A stretch of DNA of 41,936 bases from Octopus bimaculoides (GCF_001194135.2 NC_068990.1:83626951-83668886); one strand, 5' to 3'. Shown: positions 25,808-37,269, numbered from the stretch's first letter. Numbers and translations are program-made. Notes: generated from the letters alone by a model not told the origin.

Positions 25808-26437
25808 TTGGAGAGTCGTGCTGTGGCAGAGAAATATCACTGAATGATAATATCGTTGTTTTGTTTCCATAGTTAGGATAATTCGCTTCTTGACGTAAAG
25901 GGAAAAACAATAAATAACAAGTCTTATGATACAAGAGGTGACAAGTGTATAACATAGACAAGACATTTCGCAGAGATGTCGTCTCCTAAGACTACACATT
26001 CAATACTATCTGTGTGGACTCTTACACCATCTAAAGAATCAAATATTTCAAACAAAATGCAATTTCAAAAGAAATCATATATATTCATACTTCTCTGTAA
26101 ATTTCCAACCAACACACGCTTTTCAAAATAACCGTGGAATTTTCACTGTTATCGTTAGGATATAATATGGTGGTGCTGTCTATGTAGGTAACGCTGTAAC
26201 GAAATCGCGGACTTAGCTTATTATAAACATGGCATTTATAGTATTCATATGACTATTTATTAATAAACTACGGAACGAAATCTAAGATATAACCTACCAT
26301 AAAGACCTATAAGGTGCATTTGCCTGAGAATTAAATCTTTTAAAATTAGCTGTTATAGACATACATATATATATACACACATAGATACATACATACATAC
26401 ATATATGCATACACACATACATACATACATACATACA

Positions 26438-26468
<31 letters not shown>

Positions 26469-26472
26469 GTAT

Positions 26473-26850
26473 ATGGCTGTGTAGTTTGTTTACCAGCCAC
26501 ACGGTTCCGGGTTCAGTCCCACTGCGTGGCATTTTGGGCAAGTGTCTTCTATAGCCTCGGGCCGATCAAAACCTTCTGAGTGGATTTGGTAGACGGCAAC
26601 TGAAAGAAGCCTGTCGTGTATATATTTTTATATATGTATTCATGTGTGTGTCTGTGTTTCTACCCCCACCATCGCTTCACAACCGATATTGGTGTGTGTG
26701 TGTACGACCCCCGAAACTTAGCGGTTCTACAAAAGAGACCGATAGAATAAGAACTAGGCTTACAAAGAATAAGTCCTGGGGTCGATTCGTTCGACTAAGG
26801 GCGGTGCTCCAGCATGGCCGCTGTCAAATGACGGAAACAAATAAAAGAAT
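26473..26850 (+). mobile_element. tRNA-derived SINE, family B (internal TA/TG microsatellite)
   Basis: GGTTCCGGGTTCAGTCCCACTGCGTGGC...GGGCAAGTGTCTTC...AAAGAATAAGTCCTGGGGTCGAT...GGCGGTGCTCCAGCATGGCCGC. Confidence 0.92.
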
Positions 26851-26988
26851 ACACACACACACACGTGTGTGTGTGTGTCCTTTTTTTGTAAATTTATATA
26901 CAAAAGTAATTTAACATCAAACAGAAGAATTATTCAATACTTTTTAATAGAATACATACGTTTAATTTTCACACGTAGAATGTTGACA

Positions 26989-27500
26989 GTGACTTCAAAG
27001 TTTCGAATTGCTCGCCGTCATCAGTCACAGCACAGAGTAGCAGCTACAGTACTTCGCTTATTGAGATTGTAGGTTCAACTTTACCCATATACACTTTTTC
27101 ATACCTTTAGGTATGTTGCTAACATTGATGCCATAGTATAATGATATGCATAGATTATCTCTCCGATGTCGTTCCATAGTTAAGATTATTTTTAAGTGTT
27201 TGCTATATAAATGATATGCTCAGCAATCTTCAAATAATTTTCATACATAGTCATAAGGGACAGCCGAAACAAAATAAACCATGATTTTCTCAAGAACCAT
27301 TGTACGTAACTCATTCTAAAGCGCATTCACTTCTTATCATAAAGCTGAAAATAAGAGATAAATCTCTAGGTAGAAGAGGTGAATAATCTATAACAAAGAA
27401 TATTGTTTTCAAAGATGTTCTCTCCAATGACTACGTATTCGGTGTTACATCTCAAGGAATAAATGCTTCAGAAAAAATTACAATTCCAAAAGAAATTATG
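26989..27500 (-). mobile_element. Highly degraded PLE 3' end (GIY-YIG trace plus degenerate hammerhead at 26989-27028)
   Basis: Minus translation IYSLRCNTEYVVIGE and EKVYMGKVEPTI resemble the start and end of a PLE GIY-YIG domain, followed about 40 nt later by GTGA-CTGATGA-CGGCGAGCAATTC-GAAAC-TTT-GAA-GTCAC. Confidence 0.45.
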
Positions 27501-29280
27501 CATTTCATGGTTTTCCATACACTTCCAACAATCTTATCTTTTTCACTATAACAGTGGAAATTCCTCCAGTGCATATATACACACATAAGCGTCCATATAT
27601 GAATGTGTGTATGTATGTATGTATGTATGTATGTATGTATGTATGTATAAAGAGAGAGGGTGATAAATTGAATATTTAATTCAATTTAAAACCAAGTGGC
27701 CTAGCATATAAAAAAATCTGAAAATTCAGAAAAATTGTATTACATATGTATAAGAAGGGATGAGGGTAGGGAAAGAATTGTATGTTTCTGAATTAGATGT
27801 TGAAGGCAGAGCTTGAAGTAGGAAGCTAATTGGCCATTTTAAAATGTAGTTTAAAATGTATGGCTGTAACGTGACCACGAGTAGCACTGTCTCCCATATA
27901 TGTGAACTCAACACGTCAAGGTGGCTCTCAGTTGAATCCCTGGGATCTGCAGGGGATCAGGTCTCAACTATGTTTATGGTTAGTATTTGCGATATAGTAT
28001 TCTAAACGTAGTGTACGTGGGACCACAGTAAAAAAATATCAGCGAGGAGTGCGATTTTTAATTTACATTTATTTCTTCAAGGAATCAATATCTTTCATTT
28101 CTCTCTTCAAGGTCTCTCTTTCATTGCTATTATTCAGAATCACCTTGTGTAAAACGATAATGTGTAATGTATGGGGAGGTCGTATTTAACAGCTATTTCT
28201 AACGGATTCTAGTAAAGTCAATAGATAGCAAAAAAAAAGAGAGAGAGAGAGAGAGAGATAGAAAGAAAGAACGAGAAAGAGAGAGAGAGGGAGAGAGACG
28301 GGCAGACAAACAGAGACAGAAAGTGAGAACGTATGACAGAAAATTCTAAGAATTGAAAGCCTGAGTAAGATGTCGGAGGTTAAAGTAACATACAAAAGAA
28401 AGCGAATGAGAAGATTTAAAGAAGAAGAGAGAAAGAAGAAGAAAGAATGTACAAACGTCTGCGTTTTTATCTTTATGTACATGCCTTCATCTTTGTCTTG
28501 CTTTATAGTAAAGTTGGTTCAAAATTCATATTTTCCTACGATTTTATGGTGTCATTATGTTATCAATCTTTTGCCCTTGTTTTTCATGTAGGATATATAA
28601 CGACGTTGCAGTGAAGGTAGTCGAGAATTTCAAACAACAATTGTAAACCAGTGAGAGAGCTAACTTCAATATGGTTGCAAATATCAATCTGCGATATCCA
28701 ATAGCCTAATAGACTGAGCTATGGAAAACTGCTGGCATAGATGAAATATAATAAATACATCAGACAGTGTACCCAATAAAAATACATAAATTTCACATAA
28801 AATTTATATGAATTAAATGCAAAACAACCATCGAACAGATGAATACATAATCAAGACCTTTACCAAATTGAACTCAAAAATGCATCACACCTACCGATAA
28901 GCAATCTAATGATATGCTACAAAAGCACCGAAGCTAAAACCTCCTTATCAATCGAATACTGCAAGCATATACACCTCAAGACAAAATACCAGTGACCAAA
29001 CATAACCTATAAATTCGACTGTACATCTGAAAGTTGTAAACTTCAAGACTCCTGTTATTACATTGGGCATACACGTATAAAATCTCTTTGAGACTCACCA
29101 TGCCTTTACAAGAAGGAACAATCACCATATTAAGCAGCACAAAACAATTCTTCGTGTAAAACTAGAGAATGATACTTGGATATTTTACAAAATTCTCCAC
29201 AAAATACTGAACCATGGAAGGCATATTCATATTACAGTTCTATATTTAAGAGATGAGGAATTATGTCGATTATTTACATT

Positions 29281-29654
29281 CTTTTACTATTTTACTCCTT
29301 TACTTGTTTCAGTCATTTGACTGTAGCTGGAGTACCGCCTTTCAGTCAAGCAAATCGACCCCAGGACTTATTCTTTGTAAGCCTAGTACTTATTCTATTG
29401 GTCTCAACCGCCGGACCGCCATATTACCGGGACGTAAACGCACCAGCATCGGTTGTCAAGCGATGTTGGGGGGGGGACAAACACAAACACAAACATATAC
29501 ACACATACATACATATGTATATATACATATATACGACGGGCTTCTTTCAGTTTCCGCCTACCAAATCCACTCACAAGGTGTCACGCGGTGGGACTGAACC
29601 TGGAACCATGTGGTTGGTAAGCAAGCTACTTACCACACAGCCACTCCTACGCCT
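29281..29654 (-). mobile_element. SINE family B nested in the tail of the hammerhead element; 12-bp TSD
   Basis: Head AGGCGTAGGAGTGGCTGTGTGGTAAGTAGC..GGTTCAGTCCCAC; ATTATTTACATT at 29269-29280 and 29655-29666. Confidence 0.9.
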
Positions 29655-29708
29655 ATTATTTACATTATTTACATTTGACGGATATTTATCCACATCTTGT
29701 TTGTTGTT

Positions 29709-29754
29709 AACACATCGTTTCGGCTGATATACCCTCCAGCCTTCATCAGGTGTC
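29709..29754 (-). ncRNA. Minimal type I hammerhead ribozyme fold (this copy has U16.1>A)
   Basis: GACAC-CTGATGA-A-GGCTG-GAGGGTATAT-CAGCC-GAAAC-GAT-GTGTT: stem I 5 bp, stem II 5 bp perfect, core CUGAUGA/GAAA intact. Confidence 0.75.
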
Positions 29755-29806
29755 TTGGGGAAATTTCGAACCTGGGTTTTCATTCCTAAGGTATTTTTCG
29801 ATGTTG

Positions 29807-29863
<57 letters not shown>

Positions 29864-30428
29864 TCACTGCTTGGAATCGAACTCGGAATCTTGGGGTTAG
29901 TAGCCCGCTCTTTTAACCACTACGCCATACGCCCACGGGCATATGGCGTAACAACAAACAAGATGTGGTTAAACATCCGTTAAATGCAAATAATGTAAAT
30001 AATGTGCATATTCATATTGCAACGCAAAGCCAAAATAAATACGCAACAAATACACACATAAAAGAATAATAATATGTAATTAAGAACATGAAATCTTAAT
30101 GATAAAAAAACTTGACTGCAATAAAACAAATTATCACGTGACTACTGATATGGAAGCCTAAGGGTCAAAAATCTATGACGGGAAAATCTAGAAAATTCGA
30201 ACAGCATAAATAACACAGAGTGGACGACAAGTCTGTTTAAATTCTTGAAGGTGAGACTGTGGAAGTTTAGAAACGATGAATTTGATTAAAGAAATTTTAT
30301 GGTTCCAAACTGACTGCAAGAAACTCATACGGAAATATGGAAATCTATCGCAAAGACACGACTGTGCGACAGTCGTGTCTTTAATGAAATATGTATAAAA
30401 GAAAAGGTATTCCTTAAGTATACAAGTG

Positions 30429-30486
<58 letters not shown>

Positions 30487-31188
30487 GTGTGCTTGCACCA
30501 GTGAAGGGTGTAAGCACTAACAAAGATAAGTAAACAGTTCTTTCAACCTAAATAAGAACAAAACCTTGTGTGGTATTTTTCTCAGTCCGAGTTGCACAGA
30601 CAAATCCATTGCCACTCTCACCATCAGAAAACCAATGAAGCAATAACTGAATGACTTGCAACCTATAACCAAGGACGCAATTATTCTCCAAATGCGATAT
30701 AAATTCGAACTCAAATGTATAAATAATTAAATAAATAAATAAATAAATGAATAAATAAATTTGAATTTGTGATGGTACCATGACGGCAGGAAAAGTAAAT
30801 GTTATATGTTCATATATGTTATGACGTCAATAGAAATAACTGCGTAGGCTGAAGAAATCCCTCACACAACCTGAATGTCCAACAAAACTTTCTCACGTCT
30901 TTCCCTTGTTTGCTTTTCTCTAACCCATTTTAACAGCCAATCAGTGTGTGTACATAACCAGACACGGTGATATATCCAAAGATTCAGCAGCCTCAGACAT
31001 GTTACGATTTACCCAGATTGATTATATGTGTGTGTGTATTCGTATGTATGCATATATGTATCACTTTTGTATATGTATATATATATGCGTGTAGGTCTGT
31101 ATGTATAGAACTGTATAGAGAACGAAGAAAAGAGAAGAAAGGAACATATCGATTCCCAAGAGATTATATGTGCATATATGCAAACATA

Positions 31189-31333
31189 TGGTTGTTGTGG
31201 TAAGAAACTTGCTTCCCAACCACATGGTTCCGGGTTGTATGGCACCTAGGGCAAGTGTCCTCTACTATACTCTCAGGCCGACTAAAATCTTTTGAGTGGA
31301 TCTGGTAAATGGAAACTGAAAAAAAGCCCGTCT

Positions 31334-31393
<60 letters not shown>

Positions 31394-31500
31394 TGTGTAT
31401 ATCTATGAGTGTGTGTCTTTGTGACAGTGCGTGTCCCCTTCCACTACTCTAAACCGGCGTTGGTGTGTTTCCTTCCCCGTAGCATGGAGGTTCAGCAAAA
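31189..31500 (+). mobile_element. SINE family B, diverged and 3'-truncated
   Basis: GTGGTAAGAAACTTGCTTCCCAACCACATGGTTCCGGG...GGGCAAGTGTCC...GGAAACTGAAAAAAAGCCCGTC then (TA)n. Confidence 0.85.
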
Positions 31501-31604
31501 ATTTGTCAGCAACCAGCCATGGGACTGGAACCCACATATACTGCAAAGTATTGTGTCCGATACTCAAAGATTTCTGATATTACATTGTTTCTGACACAGA
31601 CACA

Positions 31605-31805
31605 GAGTTGAAATTTGATGAAAGGAGATTAATCGATAAAATCGAACCAGTACTTTACAGCTACTTTAGTTTATTTACACCAGAAGTATAAAAATAAAAA
31701 GAATCACGGCCTCGGCGTGATTTGAACTCAGAACATTAAGATCAGTAACTAGATATCGCGAGGGGATTTTTCCGATGCTCAAATGATTCTGCCAATTCAT
31801 TCTCA
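31605..31805 (-). mobile_element. SINE family A, old diverged copy
   Basis: GGCCTCGGCGTGATTTGAACTCAGAAC and ATGATTCTGCCAA. Confidence 0.7.
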
Positions 31806-32384
31806 ACGCTTACACTAAGGTTGCTATTGAAACTGTTTATATTCTTCCTCCCCTTTTGAAATGTCGGTTTTAGTAAACCCTTACCCCTCTCTTCCGGTTT
31901 GCTTTCAGCTGCTTCACATATTTTAGCAGAGAAATCGATTCAAAAATTTTTGTTTATACTTTTTATCGTATTTTTACCTTTGTTTTTTCTTTGTTACGTC
32001 ATCAAGAAACAAAATGTAAATAGTTGTTCAATGTTTCTTTTCTTTTTCAATTTTGTCTCATTTCACTTTTCTCTTTCAGCCTCAGTGAAGTATTTTTAAT
32101 GGTTTATTTCGTTTAGGTGATAGAAAGACGGGTAGTTGTTTTGACGTTAATTTCAAAGGTTAAGGACAGTAGAATATCTTACGATAATCATATCTAGTTA
32201 TGTCCTTTCACCTCTTTTTCTTTAGTTCATATCACGAAGATCGACTTTGCCTTTAATTCTCTCGGATTACTATAGTATAACACTAGGCATATAGTGCGGT
32301 GGAGACGGCTAAGTATATTCCTTTCCCAAGGAACATTGTATCTGGATTAGAAGTCATTAGTATTCATTTTTGTGTGCGTGTAGT

Positions 32385-32730
32385 GTATTGGTAGAATCGT
32401 TAGAGCATGCGGGTGGGGAGAAAACTCGCGGTTTTACGTTCTGAGTTCAAATCCCACCTGCGTCAAATTTACCTTTCATCCTTTCCAGAATCGATGAAAT
32501 AATGTGCAAATCAAGTATTGAGAAGGATTGCAGCGTCTAAACTCTTCCCCCTTAAAACTGCAGCCAACAGAAACAAAATACGGCAAGTAAACAGAATCAT
32601 TAAAGTGTCGGGAAAATTCTTTGCGGTATTTCTTTTGGCAGTTTTACTTCTGGGTTCAAATTCTGCCGAGATCAACTTTGACTCCCATCCATTCGCGCCG
32701 GATAAAACAAAGTACCAGTGAAATAAATGA
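32385..32730 (+). mobile_element. Two adjacent diverged SINE family A fragments (about 32385-32570 and 32615-32730)
   Basis: GTTCTGAGTTCAAATCCC...ACCTTTCATCCTTTCC...TCGATGAAATAA; GGGTTCAAATTCTGCCGAGATCAACTTTG...AAAGTACCAG. Confidence 0.75.
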
Positions 32731-32777
32731 ACTACATGCACTAACAAGTAAGTGTGTGTGTTATATTGTCACACACA

Positions 32778-32837
<60 letters not shown>

Positions 32838-33020
32838 NNNNNNNNNNNNNNNNNNNNNNNNNNNNNNNNNNNNNNNNNNNNNNNNNNNNNNNNNNNNNNN
32901 NNNNNNNNNNNNNNNNNNNNNNNNNNNNNNNNNNNNNNNNNNNNNNNNNNNNNNNCGTCACTGGAAAAAGGATATATGTATTTGCATTGGAACCCTTTCG
33001 CATCGAAGATCGGTGATTGT

Positions 33021-33065
33021 CGTGCGCTGACGAAGGGAAAATACCCAGAAACCCGGGTCCGTGTG
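33021..33065 (+). ncRNA. Minimal type I hammerhead ribozyme candidate with GUC cleavage triplet
   Basis: CGTGCG-CTGACGA-A-GGG-AAAATA-CCC-A-GAAAC-CCGG-GTC-CGTGTG; stem III region ACCCGGGT is self-complementary; predicted cleavage after 33059. Confidence 0.65.
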
Positions 33066-33193
33066 TATCAAGTCAGGTCGACGACGGGAAGGTTGACTTC
33101 CCTTTGCAAATACTGATAGGGCACAGAAAGTGTGACAATAGCCAGCTGGAGGAGATGGGTAAAGGGACAAACGACCCACATCAACCCCAGTAC

Positions 33194-33242
<49 letters not shown>

Positions 33243-34100
33243 CATTATTATTATTATTATTATCAAGGATTGGATGTTTTCTGCTTCGGTTATTAAAAGG
33301 CTAATTGTTGTTTTTGTTGGAAATGCGTTGTTTGATAAGTATATCAAGCTTTTTCCTTCATTACACAAATAAAAATTTTGTTCATCTTGGAAAAATATAC
33401 ATACAAATATTCAGAATTTACAATTGATGTCAATGCTGAATACTCTAAAAGTTTTCACAGAGTCTACAATTGCTATTTTTTGAAACGTGTGTAAGTCTCA
33501 CCACATCGTTAGCATGTCAATATCTTGTTATTAGTGGCTGTTTGAGACATTCCAATTATCTTAATTACATATGCTATAATGAATACATTCATTAACTACC
33601 ATAATAGATATAATATTCAACAATTAAATGAGCGTAATTTCATTCTACACAGCATAATAGTTTTTGCAAAGATGATAATTATTAACTCACTATTGTGTCT
33701 TGGAAAATAATTACTGACGTATTATATAATCTGTGATGTCTGCTGGTCTGACGGAATACCAAAGTTTCCAAAAGTAGGAAATGGTTTCAGGACATGATCA
33801 TTTAACAAATTTGACAACATTTATACATGGTGTCTTCATATTTCGACTTTTAGAAATTAAAATGAAAAAAATACAAAGGAATTGGTTTTTATCTTACAAA
33901 AAAAAAAAAAAAAAAAGACTCAAGGAATTCAATGGAAGATCTATGGAAGCCGATTAGCAGTAATGAAATGGCAACGGGGCGATGTACACCTGCTGCTGCT
34001 TCAGCTGCTGCTGCTTCGGCTGCTACTGCTTCGGCTGCTGCCGATACTACAGCTACTACTATCATAACCCACCACCACCACCACTACCAGTAATTATCCG

Positions 34101-34245
34101 TTCTACTATAGGTACAAGACCTGAAATTTTGCGCGGGAGGGGGCTAGTCAATTACATCGAGCCCAATGCACAACTGGTACTTATTTCATCGACCCTCGAA
34201 AGAATGAAGAACAGAGTCGACTTCGGCGGAATTTGAACTCAAAAC
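34101..34245 (-). mobile_element. SINE family A, head lost in gap
   Basis: CAACTGGTACTTATTTCATCGACC...GTCGACTTCGGCGGAATTTGAACTC. Confidence 0.85.
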
Positions 34246-34599
34246 NNNNNNNNNNNNNNNNNNNNNNNNNNNNNNNNNNNNNNNNNNNNNNNNNNNNNNN
34301 NNNNNNNNNNNNNNNNNNNNNNNNNNNNNNNNNNNNNNNNNNNNNNNNNNNNNNNNNNNNNNNNNNNNNNNNNNNNNNNNNNNNNNNNNNNNNNNNNNNN
34401 NNNNNNNNNNNNNNNNNNNNNNNNNNNNNNNNNNNNNNNNNNNNNNNNNNNNNNNNNNNNNNNNAGGAGGAGGAGGAGGAGGAGGAGGAGGAGGAGGAGG
34501 AGACAGAGTCTCCTGTCGAAGACGACATATGAGTGTTCAGGGTTTTGCCGAACGACCTGCACAAATAATTTGGTTATAGTGATCAAATGTTCGTGCCAC

Positions 34600-34787
34600 A
34601 CATTAGCTCACTCCCTCCCTCCATCAAATCGAAGTCGTCTGAACAGGTGCGCAGTGGACCACCTGTCAGGTGTCAAAGTGATCACAGAGCAACGTGAGAA
34701 AAATTGTTTTACTCAAGAACACAACGCACCAGCCGGCTTGGGGATTGAAACCCCAATCGCTAGATCAACACCCTAACCACTAAGCCA
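34600..34787 (-). mobile_element. tRNA-derived SINE (family C-like head)
   Basis: Minus strand TGGCTTAGTGGTTAGGGTG...GGTTTCAATCCCC...GTGCGTTGTGTTCTTGAGTAAAAC. Confidence 0.8.
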
Positions 34788-34824
34788 ATTTCAGGTCTTA
34801 TGCTTATAGTATAATTATTGCTAT

Positions 34825-35467
34825 TAGGCGAGCTGTCATAATCATTAGTGCATGGGAGAAAATGCTTAGCAGTATTCAGTCGGGTATCATTGCGTTCTGA
34901 ATTAAAATTCCGCCGCCGAGGTCAAAATTACCACTGATCCTTTCGTTGTCGATAAAATAATATTTTCTACTCTAGGCACAAGGTCCGAAATTTTTGGGGA
35001 GGGCGCCAGTCGATTAGATTGACTCCAGTACGCAACTGGTACTTAATTTATCGAGCCCGAAAAGATGAAAGGCAAAGTCGACCTCGGCGGAATTTGAACT
35101 CAGAACGTAAAGACAGACGAAATACCTATTTCGTTATTGCCCACAAGGGGCTAAACATAGAGGGAACAAACAAGAATAGACGAACGGATTAAGTCGATTA
35201 CATCGACCCCAGTGCGTAACTGGTACTTAATTTATCGACCCCGAAAGGATGAAAGGCAAAGTCGACCTCGACGGAATTTGAACTCAGAACGTAACGGCAG
35301 ACGAAATACCGCTAAGCATTTCGCCCGGCATGCTAACGTTTCTGCCAGCTCGCCGCCTTAGAGGTTGATAAAGTAATGCGCCACTCAACTCCTGGGGACT
35401 GACGTAATCGACTGACCCCTTACCCTTAGAACTACTGGTCTTGTACCAGAAATTTGAAGGCATTATT
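34825..35467. mobile_element. Nested SINE family A cluster: old + copy (34825-34960, 35361-35467) interrupted by a minus-strand dimer (34961-35126 headless, 35127-35360 full)
   Basis: The outer copy breaks at GATAAA and resumes at GATAAAG; the two inner copies have different tail types. Confidence 0.85.
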
Positions 35468-35858
35468 GGTACTAATATTTAATGGGCTCACTAAATATTT
35501 TTCACTTTCTCTATGAGCCGCCATAACGTAAGTGAGGTTCAATCAGAACATGAACACTTAAGTTCTGTAACTTAGTAAAACTACGAAGTTTAAACAACAA
35601 TGCTGTTTTCGCATCCACCCGAGGGATTTTGAACGTATTTAAGGGCGTTCATATTGACCTAATTGGAGGCAAACTACTAATCTTTTGGACAGCGGTCTGC
35701 TTGCATGTGGTGTGTGTCTCTGTGTGTGTTTGTTTTTCTCGGTGCATGCATGCATTGGACACACACGCACATGCACACGTTACACACACGCACATATATG
35801 TTTGTGTATATATACATACGTATGTTTGTATGCATGCATGTATGTATGCATGTGTATG

Positions 35859-35892
<34 letters not shown>

Positions 35893-36945
35893 TGCATGTG
35901 TGCGTATGTATGTGTGCGTATGTATGTGTGCGTATGTATGTATGTATGTATGCATGTATGTATGTATGTACGTATGTATATAGTTTCGATCTCTGGAGTA
36001 GGTGGTGAGCTGTGTCCGTCAGCAAGGCGCTTCATTTCACGTTGCGCTGGTCTACTCAGGTGAAGAATGAGTACCACCTTAGTGGCTTAGTATAGATGCA
36101 GCCTCCCCCATCTCTCTCTCCCCTTCTCTCTCTCCCCTTCTCTCTCCCCTTCTCTCTCTCTCACCTTCTCTCTCTCTCTCCCCTTCTCTCTCTCTCCCCC
36201 TGGCTGTAGCAAGAATGTCTATCTCCGCGAGATATGCGCACCTTAATTTATTAGTTGAATCGTGGTACGTGCCATAAACCCCATACTCGATTATAAATAA
36301 CAAGCTATAGTTGCTACTTTATGTATGTATATATATATATATGTCTGCACGCATGTATGTATGTATGTATGTATGTATGTATGTATGTATGTGAGTATAT
36401 TTGTATGTACGTATGTATACGTATACATATGTATTTGTAAATGAATTCATGCAGATTCATTGACCTTTGCAATGTTTTCACAGTTTGTTCGTACAAGTTT
36501 AGTAATCTCTACAGAAGAGAGGATTATGACAGTGTCTTTATATATATTCATAACGTGCCATATGGAGGGATCTACTAAGACAACGCTACATGATAATCAG
36601 CAACACAAACAGACTCCCAATAATTTTGATATGAGCGCCATTTTTTCCTCTTCGATTACTATCGTAAACAGCAGTAGCTTTCCTCAACCGAATACACGTC
36701 GTTGATTGGCTGAAATTACCCAAATACAACTTTAACACGAAATAACTTCTAAAATACAAAATTTTGTCAAAAACGTTCAGAGTAAACCGTGTTCTACGCG
36801 AGAAATTCTACCAGTATTCGAAGTCTCCCCCAAAATTTCGGGCCTTGTGCCTAGAGTAGAAAAGTATATGTAAGTTGTGTATACGTGTATGTAAGAACAG
36901 ATTTTTAGAAAGAGAAAGAGAATTATATATACCGAGAGAGAGAGG

Positions 36946-37004
<59 letters not shown>

Positions 37005-37269
37005 AAATAGAAAGACAAGCGTGTGCAGGTTCACACACTGACACTTACATACAACACACACACACACTCATTCGTACATACATACAACACTCATATACGC
37101 ACGCTCGCGTGCGCGCACTCACATATACATACATACACACACATGCATACACACATGCATTCACATTTTAATGGAGAGCGACACGATGTAAGGATGACAA
37201 GTAATCAGAGAAGCAGGTAGTCAAGCAGACAGACAGACAGGCAGACAGACAGACAGACAGAATGAGTGA

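Larger units (their letters stand above)
29234..30005 (-). mobile_element. tRNA-headed, hammerhead-containing short element with inverted partial copy; 13-bp TSD
   Basis: Direct repeat GCATATTCATATT at 29221-29233 and 30006-30018. A box TGGCGTAGTGG (29927-29917), B box GAGTTCGATTCC (29884-29873), (AAT)n, hammerhead fold 29754-29709; inverted tail arms 29655-29706 and 29951-30005. Confidence 0.85.
28850..30061 (+). mobile_element. Penelope-like element GIY-YIG endonuclease region (pseudogenised), split by an insertion at 29234-30005
   Basis: NITYKFDCTSESCKLQDSCYYIGHTRIK (28999-29082), then after a frameshift SLRLTMPLQEGTI. Removing the insert and one TSD copy restores MEGIFILQRKAKINTQ (29214-29233 joined to 30019-30061), matching the E..I....P.IN.Q terminus of PLE endonucleases. 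Confidence 0.8.

Noticed and set aside
29860-29934. Genuine tRNA gene
   Set aside because: A and B boxes are present but the acceptor stem does not pair well and the head is fused to repeat body; this and all other tRNA-like heads in the window are SINE-type.
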